A DNA stretch of 63,991 nucleotides, the filler included, from an uncultured Methanoregulaceae archaeon (GTDB lineage Archaea; Halobacteriota; Methanomicrobia; Methanomicrobiales; Methanospirillaceae): assembly GCA_964530035.1 (NCBI GenBank). It is 6 parts of 6 records of this genome, joined end to end, with 100 filler letters (N's around TTAATTAATTAA, not from the genome) between each part and the next. Parts side by side here need not be neighbours in the genome. Positions count along the whole stretch, not along the records: positions 1 to 11,260 come from CAZGXZ010000074.1; 5 more parts are not named here. One strand, 5' to 3'. The position numbers and the translations under genes were made by a program. Positions 1 through 10,740 of the stretch are shown here, in pieces (position 1 is the first letter of the stretch; each line of letters begins with the position of its first letter). Below the pieces are notes generated by a model. That model was not told the origin of the DNA. It saw only the letters and a list, made by a program, of their open reading frames with translations, and did not search any database.

Positions 1-52
1 TGCTAAACCTGTGTCCCCCTGGGACTCGAGGGTTCAAATCCCTCCCTCAGCG
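1..52 (+). tRNA. tRNA-Ser(GCT), 3' part (5' end outside window)
   Basis: Begins in the anticodon loop (T-GCT-AA), has a long variable arm (gtccccctgggac), T-arm GAGGGTTCAAATCCCTC and acceptor 3' strand; a tRNA-Ser commonly precedes rps13 in archaea. Confidence 0.85.
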
Positions 53-90
53 CTTCGAATACATCTTACAGCAGACCATGAGGGATTTTA

Positions 91-543
91 ATGGCGCAGG
101 AAGAAGATATCAGATATTTCGTCAGGGTTGCCAACACGGACCTCGATGGAACTAAAACCGTGCAGATTGCACTGACTGGCATAAAAGGAGTGGGAAGACA
201 CACTGCCCAGTCTATCGCACGGCTTGCCGGTGTTAATGAACATGACATCATGGGGAAGCTCCCCGAGGAGCAGGTTGAAAAATTGCGCGGCATCGTTGCC
301 GAATATGCCTCGAAGGTACCTTTCTGGATGGTTAACCGCCAGAAAGACCTGTTCACCGGTGAAAGCCGTCACCTTTTCGGTAGTGACGTTTCCCTGACCC
401 TTGAAGAAGACCTGAACCTCATGAAAAAGATGCGGTGTTACCGCGGAATACGGCATGAGACCGGTCAGAAGGTGAGGGGCCAGAGGACGAAGTCCACAGG
501 AAGGACCGGTATCACGGTCGGTGTCCGCCGGAAGAAGGAGTGA
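91..543 (+). CDS. rps13: 30S ribosomal protein S13
   Basis: [14 protein letters not shown]...ALTGIKGVG...[22 protein letters not shown]; first gene of the archaeal alpha-like operon. Confidence 0.98.
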   Translation: MAQEEDIRYFVRVANTDLDGTKTVQIALTGIKGVGRHTAQSIARLAGVNEHDIMGKLPEEQVEKLRGIVAEYASKVPFWMVNRQKDLFTGESRHLFGSDVSLTLEEDLNLMKKMRCYRGIRHETGQKVRGQRTKSTGRTGITVGVRRKKE

Positions 544-552
544 GATGGTCAG

Positions 553-1098
553 ATGGGATATCCTGGAAAGAACCACAAATCATACCAGACCCCCAAGCGT
601 CCGTTTGAAAAGGCAAGGATCGAGGAAGAAACCCGCCTTGTCATTGAATACGGCCTGAGGAACAAGCGTGAGGTATGGAAAGCAAAGAGTTACCTGAGGA
701 GGTACCGCAAAGCAGCCCGTGAACTCCTTGCACTCATGTCAACGGGAGCCGAGTCACGCCTGTTCCAGGCCAAGATGTCTGCTCTGACGGAGCACCTCCA
801 GAGAATGGGGATCCTTGGTCCCGAAGGCGATATCGACGATGTCCTTGCCCTCAAAGTCCAGCAACCCCTCGAACGCAGGCTCCAGACAGTCGTGTACCGG
901 AAAGGACTTGCACGGTCTCCGAAACAGGCGCGCCAGTTCATCACACACGGGCACATCGCGGTAGCAGGCCGTGCGGTCACGATCCCCGGGTACCTTGTCA
1001 CCCGCGAGGAAGAGAACGCAATCGGTTACTATGCGCGGTCCGGGCTCACAAATGAGACCCATGCCGAACGCGCCCGGATAGCCAAGGTCGGGAGGTAG
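553..1098 (+). CDS. rps4: 30S ribosomal protein S4
   Basis: MGYPGK...[10 protein letters not shown]...[15 protein letters not shown]...[10 protein letters not shown]. Confidence 0.98.
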   Translation: MGYPGKNHKSYQTPKRPFEKARIEEETRLVIEYGLRNKREVWKAKSYLRRYRKAARELLALMSTGAESRLFQAKMSALTEHLQRMGILGPEGDIDDVLALKVQQPLERRLQTVVYRKGLARSPKQARQFITHGHIAVAGRAVTIPGYLVTREEENAIGYYARSGLTNETHAERARIAKVGR

Positions 1099-1103
1099 GT
1101 ATC

Positions 1104-1499
1104 ATGGCGAACGAGAAGGAAAAATGGGGTGTAGCTCACATCTATGCCTCGTTCAACAACACCATCATAACCGTTACCGACCTTACGGGAGCTGAAACGG
1201 TTACGAAAAGCAGCGGTGGAATGGTCGTAAAACAGGACCGGAATGAAGGCTCACCCTATGCAGCCATGCAGATGGCAGGAAATGTCGCCAATGCAGCCAG
1301 GGAAAAAGGATTCGTCGGTCTTCACATCAAGGTCCGTGCTCCGGGGCGGGGAAAACAGAGAAGCCCCGGGCCTGGTGCCCAGGCCGCAATACGGGCGCTT
1401 TCCCGTGCCGGGATCAGGATAGGCCGGATAGAGGATGTGACTCCCGTTCCGCATGACTCAATCCGCGCCAAGGGCGGTCGGCGGGGCAGGAGAGTCTGA
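1104..1499 (+). CDS. rps11: 30S ribosomal protein S11
   Basis: [19 protein letters not shown]...[12 protein letters not shown]...[10 protein letters not shown]. Confidence 0.98.
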   Translation: MANEKEKWGVAHIYASFNNTIITVTDLTGAETVTKSSGGMVVKQDRNEGSPYAAMQMAGNVANAAREKGFVGLHIKVRAPGRGKQRSPGPGAQAAIRALSRAGIRIGRIEDVTPVPHDSIRAKGGRRGRRV

Positions 1500-2329
1500 T
1501 GGAGATTATCTTCGCGAGCCTTAATGATCAGGATACCCGGTTTACACTTTCAGGAGCAGACATATCGTTTGCGAATGCGTTCCGCAGGGCGATGTATGCC
1601 GAAGTCCCGACTCTCGCCATCGAGTATGTCAGGATTTATGACAACACGAGCGCCTTGTTCGACGAAATGCTCTCCCACCGCCTCGGTCTGATACCAATCA
1701 TCACCGAGCCAGGGATGTTTGTCAGGGAAACCGAATGCAGCTGCAACGGGGCAGGATGTCCGGGCTGTTCCATAACCTTCTCGATGAGTGTTGAAGGACC
1801 GAGGATGGTAACATCAGGAGACCTGATATCTTCTGATCCCGCCATCAGGCCGGCCCTTGACACTATCCCCATCGTGAAGCTGGAAAAGGGACAGAAAATC
1901 GTAATTGAAGCACGGGCGACACTCAGCACCGGCAGGGAACATTCCAAGTGGCAGCCGGTGACGGTGTGCGGTTACAAGAATTATCCTGTCATTGACGTAG
2001 CCTCCAACTGTGATGCATGCGGGTTGTGTATCGAGGAGTGCCCCCGTGCCATCCTCGTGAAGAAGAATGGAAAGGTCGGTGTCGTGGATGGCAAACTTGA
2101 AGACTGCTCATTATGCAGGCTTTGTGAGAAGGCCTGCCTGAACAGTGGGATAGGTGAAGAACCGGCCATCAGGATCACCAGTGATCCGAACCGTTTCATC
2201 TTCGTTGTGGAAAGTGATGGCTCGCTGAAGGTAAAGGAAGTGATGGAGGGCGCTGCCAGGTTTCTTAAGAACCACTCGGAGGCGCTCGCACAGGAACTTG
2301 AAGAAGTATCAGGGGTGACTTTCGAATGA
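1499..2329 (+). CDS. rpoD: DNA-directed RNA polymerase subunit D (Rpo3) with ferredoxin-like Fe-S domain
   Basis: ANAFRRAMYAEVPTLAI...NTSALFDEMLSHRLGLIP...HSKWQP; CDACGLCIEECP and CSLCRLCEKAC motifs. Confidence 0.97.
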   Translation: MEIIFASLNDQDTRFTLSGADISFANAFRRAMYAEVPTLAIEYVRIYDNTSALFDEMLSHRLGLIPIITEPGMFVRETECSCNGAGCPGCSITFSMSVEGPRMVTSGDLISSDPAIRPALDTIPIVKLEKGQKIVIEARATLSTGREHSKWQPVTVCGYKNYPVIDVASNCDACGLCIEECPRAILVKKNGKVGVVDGKLEDCSLCRLCEKACLNSGIGEEPAIRITSDPNRFIFVVESDGSLKVKEVMEGAARFLKNHSEALAQELEEVSGVTFE

Positions 2330-2691
2330 AAGGAATAGAGAATAAGACTAATCCGCGCCTCATTAACCTGATCAATCTCTTAAAAAGGACGTCCAGTGAA
2401 AACGGGGCGAACATCTGGCGTGAGATTGCAGACCGGCTTGAAAAACCGGGACGGAACTATGCCGAGGTCAACATCGGCAAGATCAACCGCTATGCGAGTT
2501 CCGGTGAAACAGTCATCGTTCCGGGCAAGGTCCTTGGCAGCGGTGTACTGGAGATGCCGGTCAATGTTGCTGCACTGCAGTTCAGTTCCTCCGCCAGCAG
2601 CAAGATCCGGGGGGCCAGCGGTTCATGCATGACAATCGAAGAACTCGTCCAGAACAACCCGAAAGGGAGCAGCATACGGATCCTCAGGTGA
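2326..2691 (+). CDS. rpl18e: 50S ribosomal protein L18e
   Basis: KTNPRL...AEVNIGKINRY...VPGKVLGSG; operon position. Confidence 0.97.
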   Translation: MKGIENKTNPRLINLINLLKRTSSENGANIWREIADRLEKPGRNYAEVNIGKINRYASSGETVIVPGKVLGSGVLEMPVNVAALQFSSSASSKIRGASGSCMTIEELVQNNPKGSSIRILR

Positions 2692-2697
2692 TCATGC

Positions 2698-3120
2698 ATG
2701 GTAACTGTTATTGATGCAGACGGGCTCCTCCTTGGAAGGCTTTCGAGTATCGTTGCAAAACGGTCGCTTGAGGGGGAGGAGATTGCCATTGTGAATGCAG
2801 AGAAGACCGTTATCTCCGGCAGCCGGGCCCGTGTGATCGGCATATACAAGAAAAAGCGGAGCCGGGGGTCGGTTGAGGGCGGCCCGTTTTTCCCCAGAAG
2901 GCCGGACCAGATCCTGAAAAGGACTATACGAGGCATGCTTCCCTACAAGCGGGAACGCGGGCGTGACGCCTTCAAGAGGATAAAGGCCTATGTAGGTATG
3001 CCGAAGGAGTTCTTGGAGATGGAGAAGGAATCGATCGAGGAAGCACACATGAACCGGCTCTCAACACCGCAGTATGTAACCCTTGCCGCAGTGAGCCGTT
3101 TCCTCGGGGCGAAGTTCTAA
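2698..3120 (+). CDS. rpl13: 50S ribosomal protein L13
   Basis: [14 protein letters not shown]...IVNAEK...[11 protein letters not shown]. Confidence 0.97.
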   Translation: MVTVIDADGLLLGRLSSIVAKRSLEGEEIAIVNAEKTVISGSRARVIGIYKKKRSRGSVEGGPFFPRRPDQILKRTIRGMLPYKRERGRDAFKRIKAYVGMPKEFLEMEKESIEEAHMNRLSTPQYVTLAAVSRFLGAKF

Positions 3121-3131
3121 GGTGAACTCTC

Positions 3132-3536
3132 ATGGTCAGCAAGGTTGTAAATACAAGCGGAAAAAGAAAGACTTCGATTGCCCGGGCCACCTTGAAACCT
3201 GGCAAGGGCGTCATCAGGATCAACTCAGAACAGCTTGATGTGTATGGGACGGATCTTGTCAGGATGAAGATTAGTGAACCCCTCGTCCTCTACCCGGCAG
3301 CAGTCGATGGTGTGGATGTTTCAATCGATGTCAAGGGCGGAGGTGTCATGGGCCAGGCTGAAGCAGTACGGACCGCTCTTGCGCGCGGGATAGTCAAGTG
3401 GCATAATGACCCCCAGATCAAGGATATCTACGTAGCCTATGACCGGGCACTCCTTGTGAATGATTCCCGCCAGAAAGAAGCCAAGAAACCACACGGTCGT
3501 GGTGCGCGAAAGAAGTTCCAGAAATCATACCGTTAA
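3132..3536 (+). CDS. rps9: 30S ribosomal protein S9
   Basis: SGKRKTSIARA...GGGVMGQAEAVRTALAR...GARKKFQKSYR. Confidence 0.98.
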   Translation: MVSKVVNTSGKRKTSIARATLKPGKGVIRINSEQLDVYGTDLVRMKISEPLVLYPAAVDGVDVSIDVKGGGVMGQAEAVRTALARGIVKWHNDPQIKDIYVAYDRALLVNDSRQKEAKKPHGRGARKKFQKSYR

Positions 3537-3553
3537 CCATATAAGAGGTCACC

Positions 3554-3742
3554 ATGATACCAGTACGGTGTTTCACCTGCGGAAAAGTAATCTCAACCGC
3601 ATACGAAGAGTTCAAGAAGCGCCGTGAGGCCGGCGAGGATTCCAAAAAAATCCTCGATGACCTCGGTTTAGAGCGCTACTGCTGCAGGCGGATGCTTCTT
3701 ACGCACAAAGAGATAATTGACGATCTCAACCCGTATCAGTAA
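3554..3742 (+). CDS. rpoN: DNA-directed RNA polymerase subunit N (Rpo10)
   Basis: [13 protein letters not shown]...[11 protein letters not shown]. Confidence 0.98.
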   Translation: MIPVRCFTCGKVISTAYEEFKKRREAGEDSKKILDDLGLERYCCRRMLLTHKEIIDDLNPYQ

Positions 3743-3754
3743 AAAGAATGATGT

Positions 3755-3829
3755 GGGGTCGTAGGGTAGCCTGGACCATCCTATGGCGTTCGGGACGCTG
3801 TGACCTGAGTTCGAATCTCAGCGACCCCA
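3755..3829 (+). tRNA. tRNA-Pro(CGG)
   Basis: GGGGTCG/CGACCCC acceptor stem, D arm GGGTAGCCTGGACCATCC, anticodon loop TT-CGG-GA, T arm CTGAGTTCGAATCTCAG; conserved position between rpoN and rpoK. Confidence 0.93.
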
Positions 3830-3863
3830 TCCCTATGGTAAAGTTTCCAGGTTTTGAGGACGG

Positions 3864-4037
3864 ATGACGCAGAATTATTCTCGTTATGAAAAGGCCAGAA
3901 TCATTGGGGCCCGAGCGCTGCAGATCTCAATGGGGGCTCCCGTGCTGATCAGGACCACGCGGTCCGATCCACTGGAGATTTCACTAGAGGAGTATGCACA
4001 GGGGGTCATCCCCATCACCGTGAAACGGAAGAAGTGA
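3864..4037 (+). CDS. rpoK: DNA-directed RNA polymerase subunit K (Rpo6); absent from the ORF track (57 aa)
   Basis: Manual translation [29 protein letters not shown]...[11 protein letters not shown]. Confidence 0.96.
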   Translation: MTQNYSRYEKARIIGARALQISMGAPVLIRTTRSDPLEISLEEYAQGVIPITVKRKK

Positions 4038-4043
4038 TTTTGG

Positions 4044-5240
4044 ATGACGGCAATCCGGATGATCCAGGTACGGACAATCCTTGACAGCAGGGGGAACCCT
4101 ACCGTCGAAGTGGATGTCCTTACGGAAAATGGCTTTGGAAGGGCTGCAGCGCCAAGTGGTGCCAGTACAGGGATTTTTGAGGCGAAGGTCAAAAAACCCG
4201 CTGAAGCAGTACCTTTTGCACGAAAAAATGTGATTCCACAACTGATCGGTGAAGATGCGGGAGACCAGACCGGGTTCGACAGGACGCTCCGGGAGATCGA
4301 TGGTACTTCCGACTTCAGCTCCATCGGGGCAAACGTTGCGGTTGCATTGTCACTTGCCAATGCAAAGGCGGCTGCCAGCGAGAAGGGACTTCCGCTGTTC
4401 CGGTACCTCGGTGGTATCTTCTCCATGGTACCTCCCCTGCCGCTGGGAAACGTCATCGGCGGAGGAGCGCACGCGGAGGGAGCGACGGAGATCCAGGAAT
4501 TCCTTGTGGTCCCGACCGGGGCATCGAGCGCCTATGAGGCTGTTTTTGCGAATGCCGCAGTTCACCGGCGGATCAAGGAAACACTTCTTTCTCGGGGGCA
4601 GATGTCGGGGAAAGGCGATGAAGGAGCATGGGCCCCGCGGATAGATGATGCAACAGCATTCGAGATTGTTTCATCGGCTGTCAAGGATGTGTCCCGTGAT
4701 ATCAACGTCGGGATCGAGATGGGGATCGATGTCGCAGCAAGCCAGCTCTACGACCCGGTTACCAAGACCTACAAGTATCGCGAGACAACCCGGAGCACTG
4801 AGGACCAGATTTCCTACATGAGTGAGCTGGTGGACAGGTATGGGCTGATTTACGTGGAGGATCCGTTGTATGAAGAGGATTTCTCCGCTTTTGCAGAGCT
4901 GACCTCCCAGGTTGGCGATCGCTGCCTCATATGCGGTGATGACCTGTACGTGACAAATCCTGAACGAATAGAAAAGGGTATCGAGGTGGGTGCTTCAAAT
5001 TGTGTCCTCATCAAGCCAAACCAGATCGGGACGCTCACCGACACCTACACCGCGGTCAACCTTGCCCACACCCATGGCCTGGACACGGTAATGAGCCACC
5101 GCTCTGGTGAGACAACGGATGAAACAATTGCACACCTTGCAACAGCATTCAACTGCATTTTTCTGAAAACTGGTGCAGTGGGTGGAGAACGAATAGCCAA
5201 GTTAAATGAACTGATTCGAATCGAGGAGATTCTTGCATGA
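4044..5240 (+). CDS. eno: Enolase (phosphopyruvate hydratase)
   Basis: [37 protein letters not shown] motifs. Confidence 0.97.
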   Translation: MTAIRMIQVRTILDSRGNPTVEVDVLTENGFGRAAAPSGASTGIFEAKVKKPAEAVPFARKNVIPQLIGEDAGDQTGFDRTLREIDGTSDFSSIGANVAVALSLANAKAAASEKGLPLFRYLGGIFSMVPPLPLGNVIGGGAHAEGATEIQEFLVVPTGASSAYEAVFANAAVHRRIKETLLSRGQMSGKGDEGAWAPRIDDATAFEIVSSAVKDVSRDINVGIEMGIDVAASQLYDPVTKTYKYRETTRSTEDQISYMSELVDRYGLIYVEDPLYEEDFSAFAELTSQVGDRCLICGDDLYVTNPERIEKGIEVGASNCVLIKPNQIGTLTDTYTAVNLAHTHGLDTVMSHRSGETTDETIAHLATAFNCIFLKTGAVGGERIAKLNELIRIEEILA

Positions 5241-5845
5241 ACGAGAACGAGATGGAAATAGAATTAAAAGAACCGCTGATTTCAGTAGAAGAGTACCTTG
5301 CAGCAGGTATCCATATCGGTACCCAGCAGAAGAGCAAGGATATGAAGGATTTCATATACCGGGTCCGGGGAGACGGGTTGTACATCCTTGATATCCGTTC
5401 AACCGATGAACGCATCAAGACTGCAGCACGGTTCCTCCACCAGTTCAACCCCTCTAATATCCTCGTGGTCACCTCCCGCCAGTACGGCCAGTACCCGGCC
5501 AAGACCTTTGCTGACACCGTTGGAGCAATGTCTGCAATCGGGCGTTTCATCCCAGGAATGCTGACCAATCAGAACCTCAGGGGATACCTTGAACCCGAAG
5601 TCGTCATTGTTACCGACCCGATCGGAGATGCTCAGGTGATAAAGGAGGCGGTAATATCCGGTATCCCTGTAGTCGCACTCTGCGATACCAATAACATGAC
5701 TTCCTTTGTCGACCTTGTCATCCCCACGAACAACAAGGGACGCAAAGCCCTGAGTCTTGTATATTATCTCCTGACACGTGAGATGCTCCGTCTCCGCAAC
5801 GTGGCGACCTCACTCACACCTGAGGACTTCGAGACTGAGTTCTGA
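5237..5845 (+). CDS. rps2: 30S ribosomal protein S2
   Basis: [13 protein letters not shown]...[10 protein letters not shown]...VALCDTNN...IPTNNKG. Confidence 0.97.
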   Translation: MNENEMEIELKEPLISVEEYLAAGIHIGTQQKSKDMKDFIYRVRGDGLYILDIRSTDERIKTAARFLHQFNPSNILVVTSRQYGQYPAKTFADTVGAMSAIGRFIPGMLTNQNLRGYLEPEVVIVTDPIGDAQVIKEAVISGIPVVALCDTNNMTSFVDLVIPTNNKGRKALSLVYYLLTREMLRLRNVATSLTPEDFETEF

Positions 5846-5887
5846 CGGGAGAAGTTTATTCTCTCATGAAAGAGAGGATCAGGACGC

Positions 5888-6688
5888 ATGAGAACGAGAC
5901 CCGCCTTTCTGGCAGGGACCTGGTATCCAAGGGAGCCGAGTCACCTCGAGCAGTTGCTGGGAACGTTCTTCGAACGTGAAGCGACAATCCCCGGAGTACG
6001 CGGGATTGTCGTCCCACATGCCGGGTATGTATACTCGGGGTCGATAGCGGCAAAGGCGTACAGCACCATCCCAAGAGACTTTGACGGAACAATCGTTCTG
6101 ATTGGCCCCTCCCACCGAGCTCCTGTGACTGCCACCTCCCTGTGTTCCTGGGAAACCCCAATCGGAATCGTCAACTCTGACGAGGTATTCATCCGTGCAA
6201 CAGGAATTCCTATTGATGATGCGTTATTCTTCCAGCAAAAAAATCCGGAGAACTCACTGGAGGTCCAGATGCCCTTCATCAAGTACCGGTTTCCAAGAGC
6301 ACGGGTTGCCCCGGTGATCATGGGTGACCAGAGCCTGGTCAGTGCTGTTGCCTTGTCAGAACGGATCCTTGAAGCGGTCAGCGCCACGGTACGGGATATC
6401 CGGATTGTTGCATCGAGCGACTTCTCCCATTACGTCCCTGCACTGAAAGCAAAAACCTCCGACCTGCAGGCCATAGAAGCCCTTTCAACCCTGAACATGC
6501 CCCTCTTCTATGAACGCCTCATAAAGGCCGGGGTGAGTGCCTGTGGATATGGGCCGATTGCAGCCATGTGCCTGGTTGCTCAGGAAATGGGAGCAACAAA
6601 GGGAAATCTCATTGAATACGGAACCAGTGGTGATATAACGGGAGACCAGTCTGAAGTGGTTGGGTATGCCGCACTTGCGGTGGTGTAG
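5888..6688 (+). CDS. MEMO1 family protein (AmmeMemoRadiSam protein B)
   Basis: RPAFLAGTWYP, VPHAGYVYSG, GPSH, ENSLEVQMPF, ASSDFSHY, SACGYGP. Confidence 0.92.
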   Translation: MRTRPAFLAGTWYPREPSHLEQLLGTFFEREATIPGVRGIVVPHAGYVYSGSIAAKAYSTIPRDFDGTIVLIGPSHRAPVTATSLCSWETPIGIVNSDEVFIRATGIPIDDALFFQQKNPENSLEVQMPFIKYRFPRARVAPVIMGDQSLVSAVALSERILEAVSATVRDIRIVASSDFSHYVPALKAKTSDLQAIEALSTLNMPLFYERLIKAGVSACGYGPIAAMCLVAQEMGATKGNLIEYGTSGDITGDQSEVVGYAALAVV

Positions 6689-6690
6689 CA

Positions 6691-7560
6691 TTGGCCACCT
6701 GGTCTGCTCCGGGGAAGGTTTTCCTCTTCGGGGAACATGCGGTCGTATATGGCAAACCTGGAATGGCTATGGCCATTAAGCCGAGGGTGTTTGTCACGGT
6801 CAGACGGAGCAAGAATCCTCACCGGGCAAAATCCCCTTATATCGATGGATGCTTCGAAGAGACCGGTGTGAAGGGAAGTGTCTATATCAGCTCGCAACTC
6901 CCGAGTGCTTCAGGACTGGGTTCATCGGCAGCGGTTACGGTAGCGACCCTCGCTGCAATCAATGACGAATTCGGCATGGGATTTTCGCGTGAACAGGTTG
7001 CAGAAAAGGCATTTGCAATAGAGAAAAAGGTTCAGAAAGGGAAGGCAAGCCAGACCGACACCGCAGTATCAACATTTGGCGGCATGGTTCTTATTACCGG
7101 GTTATCCCGGCGCAGGCTTCCACCACACCATTTTTCTCTTGTAATCGGCAACACCCTGATCGCGCATAATACGGCACGGCTGGTCGAAACCGTTGCCGAG
7201 TTCAGGAAAAAAAATCCCGATATATGCAACCCGGTCATTGATGCCATCGGTGCGATTACCATGGAATCCATGTATCACCTCTCACGCCCGAGCGAGATCG
7301 GCCGGCTCATGAACATGAACCATGCGCTCCTTGAAGTGCTCGGGGTTGGTCATCCGTCGCTCTCGCGCCTCGTTCTTGCTGCAAGGGCAGCAGGGGCGTA
7401 TGGTGCAAAAATGACCGGTGCAGGAGGGGGCGGTTGCATGATAGCCCTCTGCCATAAGCATCTCAAGACACGCATTGCCGGGGCCATCGAAGCAACGGGG
7501 TCCAAAGCGCTGATTACGACCATTGATACGGAAGGTGTACGAAAGGAACATGAAAACTGA
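6691..7560 (+). CDS. mvk: Mevalonate kinase
   Basis: APGKVFLFGEHAVVYG, PSASGLGSSAA (GHMP motif), KMTGAGGGG; TTG start. Confidence 0.95.
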   Translation: MATWSAPGKVFLFGEHAVVYGKPGMAMAIKPRVFVTVRRSKNPHRAKSPYIDGCFEETGVKGSVYISSQLPSASGLGSSAAVTVATLAAINDEFGMGFSREQVAEKAFAIEKKVQKGKASQTDTAVSTFGGMVLITGLSRRRLPPHHFSLVIGNTLIAHNTARLVETVAEFRKKNPDICNPVIDAIGAITMESMYHLSRPSEIGRLMNMNHALLEVLGVGHPSLSRLVLAARAAGAYGAKMTGAGGGGCMIALCHKHLKTRIAGAIEATGSKALITTIDTEGVRKEHEN

Positions 7561-8314
7561 ACAGGTCATCCTGTTGAAACTCGGTGGAAGCATCATCACC
7601 GACAAGGGGAGTAACTGTACTCCCAGGCATGACCAGATAGAGCAGATAGTATCCTGGATATCTGTCCGCTGGCCGTTACCCCTGATGCTTGTCCACGGAG
7701 CCGATTCATGCGGTCACCCGGAGGCTCATCGTTACGGTCTTGCATCCGGACTCCGTGATGGCAGTTCCATAGGTATCCCCGTTACCCACGAAGCCGTGTC
7801 CCGTCTCAATGATGCAGTGGTCCAGGCCCTGCGGAGGAACGGAATTCCGGCAATCGGTGTCCACCCGCTCCAGGGAATGGTGGCAGACAATGGGCGGCTC
7901 GTGCAGCCGGAAGTACGTCATATCATGGAAATGGTTAGAAATGGCCTTCTGCCCGTTCTTCATGGGGATGTCGTGATGGACCTGTCGAGAGGTGCCTGCA
8001 TCATTTCCGGAGACCAGCTGGTAGTCTTCCTGTCTCAGGCACTCGGTGCCGTGAAGGTGGGCCTGGCCACGGATGTCCCGGGGGTTATGTATGGCAGGTC
8101 TGTGATACCTGTTCTTACTCCGCAGACGGTATCGGATGTTCCGCTCGGAGGATCAGGTCATACCGACGTCACCGGAGGTATGCAGGGGAAGATTCAGGAG
8201 ATGCTCGTCCTGGCGGTGGCCGGAAAAGACTCGGAAATTTTTCATGTTTCCAGGATTCCGGAATTCCTTGACGGAAAAAGCACAGGTGGCACGAGAATCA
8301 CGGGGGAATGCTGA
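7550..8314 (+). CDS. ipk: Isopentenyl phosphate kinase (amino-acid kinase fold)
   Basis: LKLGGSIITDK, VHGADSCGH, PVLHGDVV, ISGD, DVTGGM; between mvk and fni; ATG 7550 preferred over the ORF-track start. Confidence 0.9.
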   Translation: MKTEQVILLKLGGSIITDKGSNCTPRHDQIEQIVSWISVRWPLPLMLVHGADSCGHPEAHRYGLASGLRDGSSIGIPVTHEAVSRLNDAVVQALRRNGIPAIGVHPLQGMVADNGRLVQPEVRHIMEMVRNGLLPVLHGDVVMDLSRGACIISGDQLVVFLSQALGAVKVGLATDVPGVMYGRSVIPVLTPQTVSDVPLGGSGHTDVTGGMQGKIQEMLVLAVAGKDSEIFHVSRIPEFLDGKSTGGTRITGEC

Positions 8315-9405
8315 TGACTTCCCGGCGTCAGACTGCTTCGCGTAAACTGGATCATCTCCGCATCTGCCTTGAAAAGGATATTGAGCGTGGAAATGCAGGG
8401 TTCGACGATATCCGTCTCCTGCATAATGCCGTCCCTGAATGTAAAATGGACGACATCCGGCTGCAGGTCCGCTTTCTTGGAGCGTGTTTCGGGTCCCCCC
8501 TTTTCATCTCTGCCATGACGGGAGGGCACCCTGAAACGACAGAAGTAAACCGCACTCTGGCCAGGGCTGCTGAAAAATACCGTCTTGGCATGGGCGTCGG
8601 TTCGCAACGGGCGGCCATCGAAGATCCCTCCCTGATCGATACTTTTACGGTTGTCAGAGACGAGGCCCCTCACGCATTCATTGTTGCCAATCTCGGGATC
8701 GTGCAGCTGAAGCGCCATGGCATTGACTGGGCACGTGAAGCCGTCCGGATGATCAGGGCTGATGCCATCGCAATTCACCTGAACTTTCTCCAGGAGGCAA
8801 TCCAGCCGGAAGGTGACCATGATGCGACAGGGTGCCTTGCAGCGCTCTCGGCACTCTGTCGCGAATCTCCGGTACCCGTGGTGGTCAAGGAGACCGGGTC
8901 AGGGATATCCTTTGGCACCGCCCATCAGCTGGCATCTGCGGGTGCCCGTGCAATCGATACCGGCGGGTATGGAGGTACATCGTGGGCTGCAATCGAAGCG
9001 GTCCGCGCAGGTGAAAGCGGGAAGCCGGTAGACAAGAACCTGGCGGCACTTGGTAATGACTTTTCAGAGTGGGGGATTTCGACAATAGTAAGTGTATATG
9101 CGGCAAGGAAGGCAGGTGTTCCGGTAATTGCAAGTGGCGGTATCAGGTCGGGAATCGATATTGCCAAGGCCCTTGCAATGGGAGCATCCCTCGGGGGAAT
9201 GGCACTTCCTCTGTTAAAACCCGCATCACTTGGGTTCGAACCACTCTGCGAGACAATTGACCGGATACACGACCAGGTGCGGATATCCATGTTCCTAACA
9301 GGATCATCCCGGGTGTCCGACCTGACCCGGGCAGGGTATCTCGTTTCCGGCGACACCCGCAGCTATTTGAGACAGATAGACAGAATGGAGGAGAAATGGA
9401 AATAG
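8308..9405 (+). CDS. fni: Type 2 isopentenyl-diphosphate delta-isomerase
   Basis: RKLDHL, ISAMTGG, MGVGSQR, HLNFLQE, VVKETGSG, GGTSW motifs. Confidence 0.96.
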   Translation: MLMTSRRQTASRKLDHLRICLEKDIERGNAGFDDIRLLHNAVPECKMDDIRLQVRFLGACFGSPLFISAMTGGHPETTEVNRTLARAAEKYRLGMGVGSQRAAIEDPSLIDTFTVVRDEAPHAFIVANLGIVQLKRHGIDWAREAVRMIRADAIAIHLNFLQEAIQPEGDHDATGCLAALSALCRESPVPVVVKETGSGISFGTAHQLASAGARAIDTGGYGGTSWAAIEAVRAGESGKPVDKNLAALGNDFSEWGISTIVSVYAARKAGVPVIASGGIRSGIDIAKALAMGASLGGMALPLLKPASLGFEPLCETIDRIHDQVRISMFLTGSSRVSDLTRAGYLVSGDTRSYLRQIDRMEEKWK

Positions 9406-10733
9406 AAGTTATTGCCGTTGGCGGGTATGACGAGGTCGGGCGAAATATGACCGCTGTCCGCTGCGGAAAAGAGATAGTTATCTTTGATATGGGCCTCAGG
9501 CTGGACCAGGTCATGATCCACGAGGACGCCGAGGTCGAAAACATGCATTCGCTCGACCTTATCCAGATGAAGGCTATCCCTGATGACACGATAATGAACG
9601 AGATCGAGGGGACGGTCAAGGCGATTGTATGTTCCCACGGGCATCTTGACCATATTGGTGCAATACCGAAACTTGCTCACCGGTATAACGCACCAATCAT
9701 CAGCACCCCGTACACGACCGAACTCATACGGCAGCAGATATCGTCCGAACAAAAGTTCGTTATCAACAACAAGCTGGTATCACTGAGGGCAGGGCAGAAA
9801 TACACACTTTCTGCGAACCTGACTCTCGAATTTGTCAAGATGCAGCACTCCATCATCGATACGGCGACACCCGTTCTGCATACCCCGCATGGTGCGATAG
9901 TGTATGCGTGTGATTACAAGCTCGACCGGACTCCTATTATCGGAGAGCCTCCTGATATTAACCGTCTCAGGCAGATCGGCAAGGAAGGAGTGCTTGGCCT
10001 GATATGCGAGGCTACAAATATCGACCTTCCGGGGCGCTCGCCCAGTGAAAGGATAGCCAGGGACCTGGTCAGGGACACGATTACCAGCTATGAGGATGAC
10101 AAGAACGCGATTGTGGTCAGCACCTTTTCATCACACATCGCACGTGTAAAGACCATTGCCGAGTGTGCCCATGAAATTGGCAGAAAACCCATCCTCCTCG
10201 GCCGGTCGATGGAACGGTATTCATCGACTGCGGAACAGATGAAACTGGTTGGATTTCCTGAAACCATGAGCATGTTTGGAAACCGCCGTACTGTTGACCG
10301 GACCCTCCGCAGGATGATGAAGATGGGGAAGGATAAGTTCCTGCCGATAATTACTGGACATCAGGGGGAACCAGGTTCAATACTGACACGAATCGCGCTG
10401 GGCGACACTCCCTACAAGATTGACAAGGGTGACAAGGTTATCTTTAGTGCCAAGGTAATTCCGAACCCGATGAACTATGGTCAGCGATACAGGATTGAAA
10501 CCCACCTGAAAATGGCGGGCGCACGGATTTTCCAGGATCTGCATGTCAGCGGGCACGCGTATCGCGAGGACCACTACGAATTCATCAACCTCCTGAACCC
10601 TGAACATATCATCCCGGCACACGGATCGGTAGCGATGACCGCCGGATATCTCTCGCTCGCAAAGGACCTTGGCTATACTCACAACAAGGATGTCCATGTC
10701 ATGTCGAACGGTCAGAAACAGAGGATAAACTAG
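9396..10733 (+). CDS. rnj: RNase J family beta-CASP ribonuclease
   Basis: GGYDEVGRNM, SHGHLDHIG, HVSGHA, IPAHG. Confidence 0.94.
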   Translation: MEIEVIAVGGYDEVGRNMTAVRCGKEIVIFDMGLRLDQVMIHEDAEVENMHSLDLIQMKAIPDDTIMNEIEGTVKAIVCSHGHLDHIGAIPKLAHRYNAPIISTPYTTELIRQQISSEQKFVINNKLVSLRAGQKYTLSANLTLEFVKMQHSIIDTATPVLHTPHGAIVYACDYKLDRTPIIGEPPDINRLRQIGKEGVLGLICEATNIDLPGRSPSERIARDLVRDTITSYEDDKNAIVVSTFSSHIARVKTIAECAHEIGRKPILLGRSMERYSSTAEQMKLVGFPETMSMFGNRRTVDRTLRRMMKMGKDKFLPIITGHQGEPGSILTRIALGDTPYKIDKGDKVIFSAKVIPNPMNYGQRYRIETHLKMAGARIFQDLHVSGHAYREDHYEFINLLNPEHIIPAHGSVAMTAGYLSLAKDLGYTHNKDVHVMSNGQKQRIN

Positions 10734-10740
10734 TACAGGA

